A stretch of DNA of 32,841 nt, taken from an uncultured Nitrospirales bacterium. GTDB taxonomy: Bacteria > Hydrogenedentota > Hydrogenedentia > Hydrogenedentales > CAILVY01. The notes under the pieces were generated by a model that searched no databases, had not been told where the DNA came from, and saw only the letters and a list, made by a program, of their open reading frames with translations. Numbering within the stretch: the first letter of the stretch is position 1; every line of letters starts with the position of its first letter. Where the stretch lies: contig CAYXPO010000002.1 of assembly GCA_964466925.1 (NCBI GenBank), positions 1 through 32,841 on the forward strand, in the 5' to 3' direction. Shown piece after piece: positions 16,019-24,749 of the stretch. The position numbers and the translations under genes are program-made.

Positions 16019-17290
16019 TTATATATCCGCCAAATCGTCTGGAATGGAATGCGGGCGGGCGAGAATGGCCCGGATCGCCGTTTCAAAACGGTGGAGGACC
16101 CGGTTGCGTTCATGGAAGCCCGCGCGGCGCCGCGCATTGGCCTGCCACGCTGAAAACTGGGCGGGGTGTTCCCGGATGGATTCCAGCATCCGCGGCACTG
16201 CGTCCAGGGTGTCCCATGAAAACCAGGGGCCGGGGTGTTCAGTGTTCATTTCTTTTCCCAGCGGGCTGTCCGCGTCGGAGATGGCGAGAATGGCGCTGCC
16301 GGAGGCCATGCCCGGGATCATTTTGCAGGGGATAAAGGAACCGCCGCTGCCGCTTTTCTCGGTGATTACGAAAAAATCCGTATCGTGCAGGGCTTCCGCA
16401 AAGGCGGGTTCGTCGAGAAAAGGGCCGAATGAAAACCGCGCATCCTGCGTCTGTTCCACCCACGTGCGCATGGCCTCCGCATGGCCTCCGTCCCCGTGAA
16501 TGCGGAAAAGAAAAGGCGCCGGGCTGGCGTGCAGGGTTTCACAGAAGCGGAGCAGGTCCTGTTTGCCGCCAATATTACCCGCGTACAACAAACGGACGGG
16601 ATCGTGCGGCGTGCCCGCGTCTTTTCCCGGTTGTTGTTGAAGGGCGTCCGCCATGGAGGCATTCAGCCAGTTCGGCAGATACAAAATGGGCTGGCCCTTC
16701 CGCCGGACGGCCTGCAGGCGCTCAATCATCACGGGGGATATGGAACTCCACACCTGCGCTTGATTGAACAACCCTTGTTGGATGCCGCGGAACAAGGCGC
16801 GCACCGCTTTCCCGCGTGCCATGCCGCTGGCCGCGGCGGCATCGGCGGAGAGGTCCTGTACATTGAGCCACAGCGGCTTCCGGTGAATCCATTTGTTCAG
16901 GGTGGCGAAACCCACCGCGCCCACGAGCGGGCAGAACACCATGACCATGTCGAAGCGGCCCCGGTGCAACGAGCGCAGCAGGGAAAAGAAAAAGGACGCT
17001 TCATACACCATGCGCTGGATCAATGAGTTGGGGCGTGCGGGGATAAAAATACCGTACCGCTCCACATGCACCCCTTCTTCCTCGCTCCGTTCAATCGCCC
17101 AGCCGTTCTTGCCGCTTTTGTCCTTCCATTCCGGATAATACGGATACGCACACCGCACCGTGACATCGAAGCCGCGCTCCGCCAGCCCCCGGGCCAGATC
17201 GGTGAAAATGGCGCCGCCGCCGCCCCGGTCCGGGTGAAACACATTCACCACGATGAGAAGGCGTGGTTTTTCATCGCGTATCCGGTTCAT
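16019..17290 (-). CDS. Glycosyltransferase family 4, WcaI/WbuB-like
   Basis: 423 aa from ATG 17290 (MNRIRDEKPRLLIVVNVFHPDRGGG...). The PYYPEW motif after the first Rossmann strand-helix is typical of WcaI-like GT4 enzymes. The C-terminal GT1 fold has the EKSGSGGSFIPCKMIPGMASG block. The 31 upstream Arg-rich codons are rejected. Confidence 0.8.
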   Translation of the reverse strand: MNRIRDEKPRLLIVVNVFHPDRGGGGAIFTDLARGLAERGFDVTVRCAYPYYPEWKDKSGKNGWAIERSEEEGVHVERYGIFIPARPNSLIQRMVYEASFFFSLLRSLHRGRFDMVMVFCPLVGAVGFATLNKWIHRKPLWLNVQDLSADAAAASGMARGKAVRALFRGIQQGLFNQAQVWSSISPVMIERLQAVRRKGQPILYLPNWLNASMADALQQQPGKDAGTPHDPVRLLYAGNIGGKQDLLRFCETLHASPAPFLFRIHGDGGHAEAMRTWVEQTQDARFSFGPFLDEPAFAEALHDTDFFVITEKSGSGGSFIPCKMIPGMASGSAILAISDADSPLGKEMNTEHPGPWFSWDTLDAVPRMLESIREHPAQFSAWQANARRRAGFHERNRVLHRFETAIRAILARPHSIPDDLADI

Positions 17291-17399
17291 GCGCCCGCCC
17301 CGCCAATCGTATCCATGTGCCGCATTCCTTTTGATCCGCCGCATGGAAAAAACGCCCCGGCGGCGCCGCCGAGGCGTTTCCATGCGCTGAATGGTGAAA

Positions 17400-18116
17400 T
17401 TATTGCATTACAGAAACGCCGTCCACAAACGCGGGTTCTGTTCCCCCCGCCTTATGGATAATTTGCAGCCGCAAGGAGTTGGGCTCGACGTCAAGAGGGA
17501 TGGCAATGGGTCTGGCAATTTTTTCCCATGCGCCCGCGGTTTTATTCGTTATCCGCTCTTTGACCTCTTTGCCGTTTTGAATGTAACTGAACAGGACATG
17601 CACTTCCTGCGGTTTGCCCGCCTTGATCATGGCGGTAAACAATGTCGGGCGGCCGGCGCCCAGGCGATTGGGGCTTATGGTTTGGCTGACAACAATCTGA
17701 CCGCCCTTGGGGGGCGCGGGCAATTCAAGGGATGCCTTCCCCTCGTTGGCGTCCGTGGAGGCTTTCACGGCGGCCGGCTTCCAGTCTTTGCCTTCGTTCA
17801 ACGAGGCGTTCCAGCCAACCAACACGCCGTCTTTCCAGTCCTCGAATGATCCATTGGCAATGCCTTCCCACTTGGGATTGGCGGGGCCTTTGATCTCCGC
17901 CGGTTTTGCCGCCGGCGCTTTCTTTTCGGCCGCCGGGGCCGGGACGGCTTCCTTTTGCACCGCGGGGGCGGGGGCGGGGTCCGCCTTCTTTTGCACGGCC
18001 GGCGCTTTTTTCTTGGCGGCGTCGCCTTTCGCGGCCGCTTCCCCGGAAGGCGTGCAACTCAATGCCGCCACAATCGCCACTACCCATATCGCCACAAACC
18101 ATTTTTTCATTGCCAT
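17400..18116 (-). CDS. Lipoprotein with Ala/Pro/Lys-rich linker and a carbohydrate-binding-module-like beta-sandwich
   Basis: 238 aa from ATG 18116, with GGAGAG just upstream. Lipobox-like sequence AIVAALS-C. Low-complexity linker KKKAPAVQKKADPAPAPAVQKEAVPAPAAEKKAPAAKPAE. The C-terminal domain opens with NGSFEDW, as CBM4/9-type modules do. The domain call is weak. Confidence 0.7.
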   Translation of the reverse strand: MAMKKWFVAIWVVAIVAALSCTPSGEAAAKGDAAKKKAPAVQKKADPAPAPAVQKEAVPAPAAEKKAPAAKPAEIKGPANPKWEGIANGSFEDWKDGVLVGWNASLNEGKDWKPAAVKASTDANEGKASLELPAPPKGGQIVVSQTISPNRLGAGRPTLFTAMIKAGKPQEVHVLFSYIQNGKEVKERITNKTAGAWEKIARPIAIPLDVEPNSLRLQIIHKAGGTEPAFVDGVSVMQ

Positions 18117-18379
18117 TCTCTCCTCTTGGTTCAAAGGACGTTTAACGTTCGGCCCCTGCCCGCCATTTCTGGCGCCACACATCACCGCCAGCATTCCATG
18201 CAGAGGCCCGAGGTGTGAAGCCGTATTATACGCCACCGTACCCGGTTCATCAAAAAAACACGGGCGTGCGCCAACGTGAAAAAACCGTTCTAGCGCCCCG
18301 GCGCCGCCGCACGGCAAGGAAGTCTTTGCATAACGCGGCGAACGGCCTTTGCGTTGACGGACGGAAGAAAAAGACGGTC

Positions 18380-19702
18380 CTAGAAAACGCCCTTGAGCAC
18401 GGAACGCAGGATTACCGCGCTGGTGGACAGGCAGAACCCCGCCGCCAAGGCCAGCCCAAGAATCAGACTGCGCACCGGCTTGATTTTCCGGTCGGGCAGC
18501 ACCGCTTCGGTGATTTGCTTGATGTCGGGCATGCTGGCCTCTTCGGATTCCGCGATTTTGGCCTGCTCGAGCTTTTCCGCCAACAGATCGTAACTCTTTT
18601 TCAGCGGCACTTCCTGAAGGTCGAGTTGTTTGCGCTCGAATACCCGGTTCGCAATTTCCGCCCGAAGTTCCTGCAACTCTTTGGCCAGGGACTCCATCTG
18701 GCCCGCCAATTGCCGTTCGTGCTCTTCCATGCCCTTCAACTCGCTGTTTTTCAACAGTAATTTCTGCTCCAGGTAGATATAGGTGTCATTCAGCACTTCC
18801 TCCTGATAGCCGGCTTTTTTGCCGGCTTCCGGGGATTGATCTTTCCCGTCCGCGGGAGTCTTTTCCAGAAAGACCGCGGTCATGGGCGGCGATTTCCACA
18901 GGGTTTTCAATTCGGGTTCCGTGGCGAAGTTTTTTTGAAGATCGGCGATCTCCTCCTTGGTGGTGGCGATTTGCATCCGCAGGTCAACCAATTTTTCCTC
19001 ATACGAGATCAGGCGCTCATGCTTTTTGGCCAGGCGGGCATGTTCCAATTCGTCGTTATACTCGATCTCCACGTCCCGGATTTGCCTGCGAATGCCTTCC
19101 AGCCCCTGTTTGGAACTGTCAAACCGGCCCGTAATAAATTCTTTAAGTCCGGATTTCCCTTTTTTGTTCAGCTTGTTCGCCAGTTCCTCGCCCACCTCGG
19201 CCCAGGCTTGGGCCAAATCCCGGGCCTTTTCCGGGGTGTCACTGCGGGATTTCAACAGGATCACCGGGGAGCGCACCACGCCCTGCACCGTTTTTTCCGT
19301 AATCTCGACGTACGTGTCCATGCATTTGCGCATTTGACTGATTTCTTCGATGGATTCAATGTCTTCGGGAGACCACGTGCCCAGGGCTTTTATTTTTTCG
19401 GCCACTTGCTTCAGGACGCCGTCGCTGTTCAAGAGGATTTCATAATCCGACACCGCCAACACGCGCGGGATCAAGGCGCTGGCTTCCCCGCCCGCCTGCT
19501 TGAAGGGCGTGGGGAACAGGGCCAGCGTGCTGCTGGCTTCATACGTTTCCGGCAATAGAAAAGCCGTGACAAGCCCCGCCAGCGCGGCAACAATGGTGCC
19601 TGCGGCGATAACCCACAGATGCGCCCGCATTTCCCGCAGGATGCGCACATAACTCAGGGGGATAACCACGCCATTCACGGGTTCTTGCGTTTCCGGGTCC
19701 AT
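18380..19702 (-). CDS. Polysaccharide co-polymerase / chain-length determinant (Wzz/GumC-type, no kinase domain)
   Basis: 440 aa. N-terminal Wzz block with TM1 (LWVIAAGTIVAALAGLVTAFLLPETYEASSTL), a long coiled-coil periplasmic region, and C-terminal TM2 (LILGLALAAGFCLSTSAVIL). No Walker A/tyrosine-kinase tail. Confidence 0.8.
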   Translation of the reverse strand: MDPETQEPVNGVVIPLSYVRILREMRAHLWVIAAGTIVAALAGLVTAFLLPETYEASSTLALFPTPFKQAGGEASALIPRVLAVSDYEILLNSDGVLKQVAEKIKALGTWSPEDIESIEEISQMRKCMDTYVEITEKTVQGVVRSPVILLKSRSDTPEKARDLAQAWAEVGEELANKLNKKGKSGLKEFITGRFDSSKQGLEGIRRQIRDVEIEYNDELEHARLAKKHERLISYEEKLVDLRMQIATTKEEIADLQKNFATEPELKTLWKSPPMTAVFLEKTPADGKDQSPEAGKKAGYQEEVLNDTYIYLEQKLLLKNSELKGMEEHERQLAGQMESLAKELQELRAEIANRVFERKQLDLQEVPLKKSYDLLAEKLEQAKIAESEEASMPDIKQITEAVLPDRKIKPVRSLILGLALAAGFCLSTSAVILRSVLKGVF

Positions 19703-19750
19703 TGCTCTGTTTGCTCCTTCCGAAGTCCGTCGTTTCCGTTTCCGTTAGGC

Positions 19751-20995
19751 TTATTTCGCGGCCGTATGCGGGACGCTCCGCGCCGGCCGCCGCGCCGCGA
19801 TAACCTGTTGATACACGTCCAGGGTTTGCCGGGCCAGCGCGTCCCAGTTCAACTCCCGCTCGATCAATTCCCGGGACAGCGCGCCCATCCGGAGGCGGCG
19901 CGCCTCGTCGGACACCAGCGAGAACAGCGCCTCCGCCAGGGCCTCGGCGTTTCCACGTTCAAACACCAAACCGTTGTTGTTGGTCAGGGCATACCGGGAA
20001 TATTCGCGGTCGGGCAGCACCAGCGGCACGCCGCAGCTTGCACATTCCAAATATGTGATGCTCGCGTCGCCCGGCCAGACCCCGATGTCCGCCGCCGAAT
20101 ATACGGCGGGCAGATCCTTGTTCGGCATGAAATTCAACCAGCGAATATGCGGGGCCAAATCATATTTGGCGATAATGGCGTCAAGTTCCTTGCGCAATTC
20201 AGCGGGGGCGCCGCCGATCATGATCAAATATACGTTCGGCGTCCGGGGCGTCAGCCGCCCCATGGCTTCCAGCAACACGTCATTGTCCTTGCTCCGCGTA
20301 ATTTTCCCGGCGTTCACCAGCACCACGGCGTCTTCCGGAATGCCCATTTCGCGCCGGATGCGCTTTCCTTCCTCCGGCTGGCGGAAAAAAAGCGCCGGCT
20401 TGGTGCCCAGCGTGCTGATCGTCACATCGTCCGGCGGGATGCCCAGTTCATGATCGAGGTAATCGCGCACCTCATGGCTGATGGCCAGCACCCGCCCCAC
20501 GGAGTTCATCAGCACCGGACGCATCATCCGCCGGAACAGCACGGTATAGAGAAATTTTTTCGCGGGCGTGTAGGGCTGGATGTTGAAGTAATTGTTGTGA
20601 TCGTCCACCACAATCGGATACCGCCGCCAAAAGTTGCCCCATAAAATCTGAAAGGTGGAACTGGCAATCACCGCGCAATGCGTGTGGATAATGTCCGGTT
20701 CAAATTCGCGCACCGCGCGCCAGAGCCCCCGCCACAGCACCCACCAATGCGCCTTCCATTCCCACACCACCTGCAGCCGCACCACGTCGAGACCGTCCTC
20801 CTCCCGGTGCGTCACCCCCGTGATGCGCTCCGCGTCCGACATGTTGACCGTCTCTTTGTAATCGGGATGCGGATGGTAGCGGTCCGACGTGATCAGCCGC
20901 ACCTGATGGCCCAAACGCATCTGCGCCGCCAGCAGGCCGTTTTCCTGATAACCCATGCCGGGTTGGAAGTATCGTGTTATGTGGAGAATCCGCAT
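19751..20995 (-). CDS. Glycosyltransferase family 4 (GT-B fold)
   Basis: 414 aa. MRILHITRYFQPGMGYQENGL... N-terminal domain and a C-terminal GT1 block (VLVNAGKITRSKD...ADIGVWPG...E..SCGVPLV). Confidence 0.85.
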   Translation of the reverse strand: MRILHITRYFQPGMGYQENGLLAAQMRLGHQVRLITSDRYHPHPDYKETVNMSDAERITGVTHREEDGLDVVRLQVVWEWKAHWWVLWRGLWRAVREFEPDIIHTHCAVIASSTFQILWGNFWRRYPIVVDDHNNYFNIQPYTPAKKFLYTVLFRRMMRPVLMNSVGRVLAISHEVRDYLDHELGIPPDDVTISTLGTKPALFFRQPEEGKRIRREMGIPEDAVVLVNAGKITRSKDNDVLLEAMGRLTPRTPNVYLIMIGGAPAELRKELDAIIAKYDLAPHIRWLNFMPNKDLPAVYSAADIGVWPGDASITYLECASCGVPLVLPDREYSRYALTNNNGLVFERGNAEALAEALFSLVSDEARRLRMGALSRELIERELNWDALARQTLDVYQQVIAARRPARSVPHTAAK

Positions 20996-21092
20996 GCCCT
21001 ATACCATGATTCGCGCAACGGGTATTTTACGCACCCCCCCGCGGGCAATCAATTTATGCAAGGCCGCCGCGGACCCTGAGAGCCGGCGTGGT

Positions 21093-21557
21093 TTATAAAC
21101 CATCGTCCAGATGACTGGGCGGGACCGGCAGCGTGCCTGCGTCCACGCGCGCGGGCATGTCCTGCAACAACGGACGCACCACCGCGCTGTAGGTGAACCA
21201 GCCGAACAGGAGCAGCGCGCACACGGTGGCCCAGGCCAGTGCATCCCGGGTCCAGCGGGGACGCCGCCACGTGGACAGAGAACGCGCGTTGAAGAACGGA
21301 CGTTCTCCCGGCGCATCGTGCAGGCAGGCGCGAAATTGGTCAAGAAACGGTTCCGGGTCCAGATCGAGAAACGCGCAATAGCTGCTGATGAACCCCATGG
21401 CATAGGCTTTGATTGGCAGCGCCTCGATACGGCCCTCTTCGATGGCGCGCAAGTATTCAATCGGCACATGCGTGTGATCATGCGCCTCTTGAAACGACAC
21501 ACCAAGGGCTTCGCGCTGCGTGCGGAACGCCTCGCCGGGAAACCGTATCTGTTTCAT
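21093..21557 (-). CDS. RodZ-like helix-turn-helix membrane protein
   Basis: 154 aa. N-terminal Xre/HTH_25-like segment (FRTQREALGVSFQEAHDHTHVPIEYLRAIEEG), the RodZ-typical KAYAMGFISSYCAFLDLD, and one TM (ALAWATVCALLLFGWF). The start overlaps the ftsK stop by 4 nt. Confidence 0.6.
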   Translation of the reverse strand: MKQIRFPGEAFRTQREALGVSFQEAHDHTHVPIEYLRAIEEGRIEALPIKAYAMGFISSYCAFLDLDPEPFLDQFRACLHDAPGERPFFNARSLSTWRRPRWTRDALAWATVCALLLFGWFTYSAVVRPLLQDMPARVDAGTLPVPPSHLDDGL

Positions 21558-24043
21558 GCCACTTCATCCTCCGCCGGCGGGGGCGCGTTGACCAGTATCT
21601 CCCGCGCCTTGCTGCCGGTATGGGGGCCCACAATGCCCCGCAGCTCCATCATGTCAATGAGCCGGGCCGCTCTAGTGTACCCTACTCGCAACCTTCTTTG
21701 CACCATGGATATGGAGGCCTGCCCTGTTTCTAGCACGACGCGCACTGCTTCGTCAAATAATGGATCGCTTTCGTCGAGCAGCTCCTCCAGACTTTCCTTG
21801 GTTTTGCCGAAATTCTCGATTTCGTCCCGGTACTGCGGGGGGGCCTGCGTCTTCAAATACAGGATGAGCGAGTTCATTTCCTGGTCGCTTACAAACGCGC
21901 CCTGGAGGCGTGTGGGCTTGGATTGCCCCGCCGGCAGGTACAGCAGGTCGCCCTGTCCAATCAGCCGCTCCGCCCCGATTTCATCCAGGATGCACCGGGA
22001 GTCCACCCGGGAGGAAACCTGGAACGAGACCCGCGCGGGGAAATTGGCCTTGATGACGCCGGTCAGCACGTCAACCGACGGACGCTGCGTCGCGATGATG
22101 AGATGAATGCCCACGGCGCGGGCGAGCTGGGCCAGCCGCGCGATGGCGTCTTCCACTTCCGCCCGGGCGAGCATCATGAGGTCCGCCAATTCGTCAATGA
22201 TGCACACAATATAGGGAAGCTTGCGGACCAGGTGGAACGATTGCGCGGGGCTGTCGTCTTCGCCTTCCATTTCGATCTCGCCGTTCTCCACGCTCTGGTT
22301 GTACACCTCGATGTTGCGGACGCGCAGTTCCGCGAACAACCGGTAGCGTTCCTCCATTTCGCTGATCAGCCAGGTCAGCGCGGTGGAGGCTTTTTTCGGG
22401 TCCGTCACCACCGGCGTGATCAAATGCGGGATGTCGTTGAAGATGGAGAGTTCCACCATCTTGGGATCGATCAGCATGAGCTGCAGTTCGTCGGGCGTGA
22501 ATTTGTACAGCAGGCTTGCCAGCAGGGCTTTCACGCACACCGTCTTGCCCGCGCCCGTGGCGCCGGCCACCAGCAAATGCGGCATGGACGTCAAATCCGC
22601 AATCTTCACCTCCCCCGCAATGTCTTTGCCCATGGCAAGATTCAGCTTGCCCTTGCTGCGGGTGAACGTGTTGCTGGCAAGCAGCTCGCGAATGAGCACC
22701 TGATCACGCTCCGCGTTCGGCACTTCGATGCCCACGCGGCCCTTGCCGGGGATCGGCGCCTCCACGCGTACCCGGTGCGCTTTCAAGGCCAGCGCGATAT
22801 CGTCCGCCAAGGCAAGAAACCGGCTTACTTTTATGCCGGGCGCGGGTTCCAGTTCAAACCGCGTGATCGTGGGGCCGCGCGTGATGTCCGTCACATGCGC
22901 CTCCACGCCAAAGGTCTGCAAGGTGTCTTCCAACAGCGCGCTGGTGGCGCGAAGCTGTTCGCCCAGGTTCGGAATCACGCGGGGCGTCGGAAGATCGAAC
23001 AAATCAATCGTCGGCGGCGTATACTGCCGGGGATATTCGTAATCCGGCGGAAGCTCTTCCATCGCCACCACCTTGCGGCGCGGCTTCCGCGCGCGGCGCT
23101 TGGGTTCCACCGAAAACGAGCCGTTGCCCGTGGGCATCAGTTCCAGCTGACCCTCGCTGGGCACCGGGTCCAGCTCTTCCGCCACCGCCCGCGGTGTCTC
23201 CCTGGTGGTCTCCTCCAGTGCGGCCGCCGGCGCGGGCATCGGCGGCACCGCGTCAAACGGCAATTCCTGTTCCACCGGCTTGGGTATGATTTGAGGCATT
23301 GGACGCGGCTTGGGTGCGGGCGGCTCTTCTTTCGCTTCGATCCCGGACGTTTTTTCCACCCCGCTGGTATGCAACCGCAATATCGGCGGGCGCTTGGTCA
23401 AGGTATCCGCCGGGGTGAGGTCTTCGGTGCGTTTTGGCTTCCGGAACAGGGCGAGAAAACCGTTCAGCAGGATCAGGTTGCCCCGCAGTAAATAAACCGT
23501 GAATTGCTTGGCCGCCACCAAAACATGCACAAATAAGAAATCTGTGGATAACAATAGGCCAATCGCCAAAAAAGTAAACCCCACCACGTTCGCCCCCACC
23601 AATCCCAGAAACGGCACAAACAATCGGTCCGCCACAAACGCCCCAAAGGCCCCGCCGGGCTGTGCATTTGATAATCCCGTGTGAATATCTATCTGTAATA
23701 TGCCCGCCAAAGAACACACCGTCACAAACATCCCCAGAAACCGCGTCGGGAGCCGGTCCAACGGCCGGTGCGTAAAGAGCATCAACCCCCATATAAAGGT
23801 AATGGCATACAGGATGTGCGCCGCATCCCCCACCAGAATCGCCAGCACCGTCGCCAGCAGCGCTCCAGGCATGCCCAGTAAATTGGGTATGGCGGACATC
23901 CCGTCCAGATAGCGCCGGGTGTGTCCTTGTGAACGATAATCATCGGTTACTAACGCCAAAAACAGGAGAATCGTGAGACCCAATACCAGAATGCCCAGTA
24001 TTTCAGATTTTCTATCGCCGCGTATCTTTTTGGCCTTGCTCAC
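21554..24043 (-). CDS. ftsK: DNA translocase FtsK/SpoIIIE
   Basis: 829 aa with a GTG start and GAGGGAG 9 nt upstream. N-terminal 4-5 TM domain and a Pro-rich linker. Motor domain with Walker A GATGAGKTV and Walker B IIDELADLMM. C-terminal gamma winged-helix (ASISMVQRRLRVGYTRAARLIDMMELRGIVGP). Confidence 0.95.
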   Translation of the reverse strand: MSKAKKIRGDRKSEILGILVLGLTILLFLALVTDDYRSQGHTRRYLDGMSAIPNLLGMPGALLATVLAILVGDAAHILYAITFIWGLMLFTHRPLDRLPTRFLGMFVTVCSLAGILQIDIHTGLSNAQPGGAFGAFVADRLFVPFLGLVGANVVGFTFLAIGLLLSTDFLFVHVLVAAKQFTVYLLRGNLILLNGFLALFRKPKRTEDLTPADTLTKRPPILRLHTSGVEKTSGIEAKEEPPAPKPRPMPQIIPKPVEQELPFDAVPPMPAPAAALEETTRETPRAVAEELDPVPSEGQLELMPTGNGSFSVEPKRRARKPRRKVVAMEELPPDYEYPRQYTPPTIDLFDLPTPRVIPNLGEQLRATSALLEDTLQTFGVEAHVTDITRGPTITRFELEPAPGIKVSRFLALADDIALALKAHRVRVEAPIPGKGRVGIEVPNAERDQVLIRELLASNTFTRSKGKLNLAMGKDIAGEVKIADLTSMPHLLVAGATGAGKTVCVKALLASLLYKFTPDELQLMLIDPKMVELSIFNDIPHLITPVVTDPKKASTALTWLISEMEERYRLFAELRVRNIEVYNQSVENGEIEMEGEDDSPAQSFHLVRKLPYIVCIIDELADLMMLARAEVEDAIARLAQLARAVGIHLIIATQRPSVDVLTGVIKANFPARVSFQVSSRVDSRCILDEIGAERLIGQGDLLYLPAGQSKPTRLQGAFVSDQEMNSLILYLKTQAPPQYRDEIENFGKTKESLEELLDESDPLFDEAVRVVLETGQASISMVQRRLRVGYTRAARLIDMMELRGIVGPHTGSKAREILVNAPPPAEDEVA

Positions 24044-24384
24044 TTCGTACCGCTCCCTCGATTCATCTCCTTTTAGTGCACTCTATGGTAACAAATATCT
24101 TCTTTATATGCAACAAAATATTGTGGTCGGCTTGTGATGCCCACAACCTGTTGAAAATAAAAGGCTTCCACGCCCATTAAGTCGTATTTGTTGTGTAGAT
24201 TTGTTTGAGAATACAATCTGTAGTGCGCTTTTGTTTCCTATTTTGCGAAATTATCCCTATTGTCACGCCCCATGGTGGCCACTTTTGTCATATAGCAGGG
24301 CTCCCCTTGTGTGGCGATAGTCGCAAAGGGCCCTTGATGTGTCATGGCATTGCAACGGCTATATGCTGTATATGAATTTTATAA

Positions 24385-24400
24385 ACACAATATATAGTGG
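24385..24400. promoter_or_regulatory. Best NrdR-box-like palindrome (15/16 to the consensus as I recall it)
   Basis: ACACAATATATAGTGG against acaCwAtATaTwGtgt; only the last base differs. Confidence 0.55.
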
Positions 24401-24448
24401 ATTGTTCTTTTCTGTGGATTGTGTCATGTGTCGGCCAAAGGAACAATA

Positions 24449-24494
24449 CAACAATATATTGCGGCTTATATTTTTGCACCACAATATATTGATT
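24449..24494. promoter_or_regulatory. Tandem pair of NrdR-box-like palindromes, centres 30 bp apart
   Basis: The cores CAATATATTG at 24452-24461 and 24482-24491 are identical. The spacing is close to the roughly 31-32 bp reported for tandem NrdR boxes. Confidence 0.45.
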
Positions 24495-24749
24495 TCTATA
24501 AAAACAATTTCCAGGCACCAAAGCACATTATTTTGTATGTGAAAAACTTATATATACAATATATAGTACTCTAGCGATTTTGGCGCCAGTAGTACCAGTC
24601 CAGCGGCAGAAAAGCGGTAGAAATGAAAAACGACCACTATATATTCGGTATATTCCGTATTTTATTGTTATATCTACGGCTATTTTGGGTTTTGTTGCAT
24701 TGTTTTTTATACTTGCGAAAAAAGCTAACAACGCTTACAATACAGCCCT

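Larger units (their letters stand above)
24111..24649. promoter_or_regulatory. Array of six 16-bp AT-rich palindromes resembling NrdR boxes
   Basis: CAACAAAATATTGTGG (24111-24126), ACACAATATATAGTGG (24385-24400), CAACAATATATTGCGG (24449-24464), CCACAATATATTGATT (24479-24494), ATACAATATATAGTAC (24554-24569), CCACTATATATTCGGT (24634-24649). Against ACACWATATATWGTGT they score 12, 15, 12, 13, 13 and 13 of 16. Confidence 0.55.
24044..24749. other. AT-rich non-coding island between divergent ftsK and acyltransferase genes
   Basis: No credible ORF; the two tracked 67-aa ORFs are low-complexity. Lines 24341-24400 and 24461-24520 each contain 20/60 G+C by my count, against 42/60 in coding line 13501-13560. 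Confidence 0.85.

Noticed and set aside
23543-23551. A perfect DnaA box, TGTGGATAA, inside the ftsK coding sequence.
   Set aside because: It is a single isolated 9-mer within a well-supported ORF with no cluster or AT-rich unwinding element. It is most likely a chance occurrence.
24339-24731. Two 67-aa ORFs inside the AT-rich island: 24339-24542 (+) and 24528-24731 (-).
   Set aside because: Their Ile/Phe/Tyr/Asn/Lys-rich composition simply mirrors the AT-rich DNA. There is no SD, their codon usage is unlike the rest of the window, and they overlap the palindrome array.
24044-24749. Chromosomal replication origin (oriC) in the AT-rich island next to ftsK.
   Set aside because: Only weak DnaA-box matches are present: TGTGGATTG at 24413-24421 and TTATCCCTA at 24251-24259, each with two mismatches. 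No dnaA or dnaN is nearby, and the dominant repeat is a different palindrome. This cannot be excluded without a GC-skew analysis of the whole contig.
24044-24749. A dif (XerCD) site adjacent to ftsK.
   Set aside because: GAATATATA-like strings exist, but the conserved XerD arm TTATGT(T/A)AA is absent from the island on either strand.
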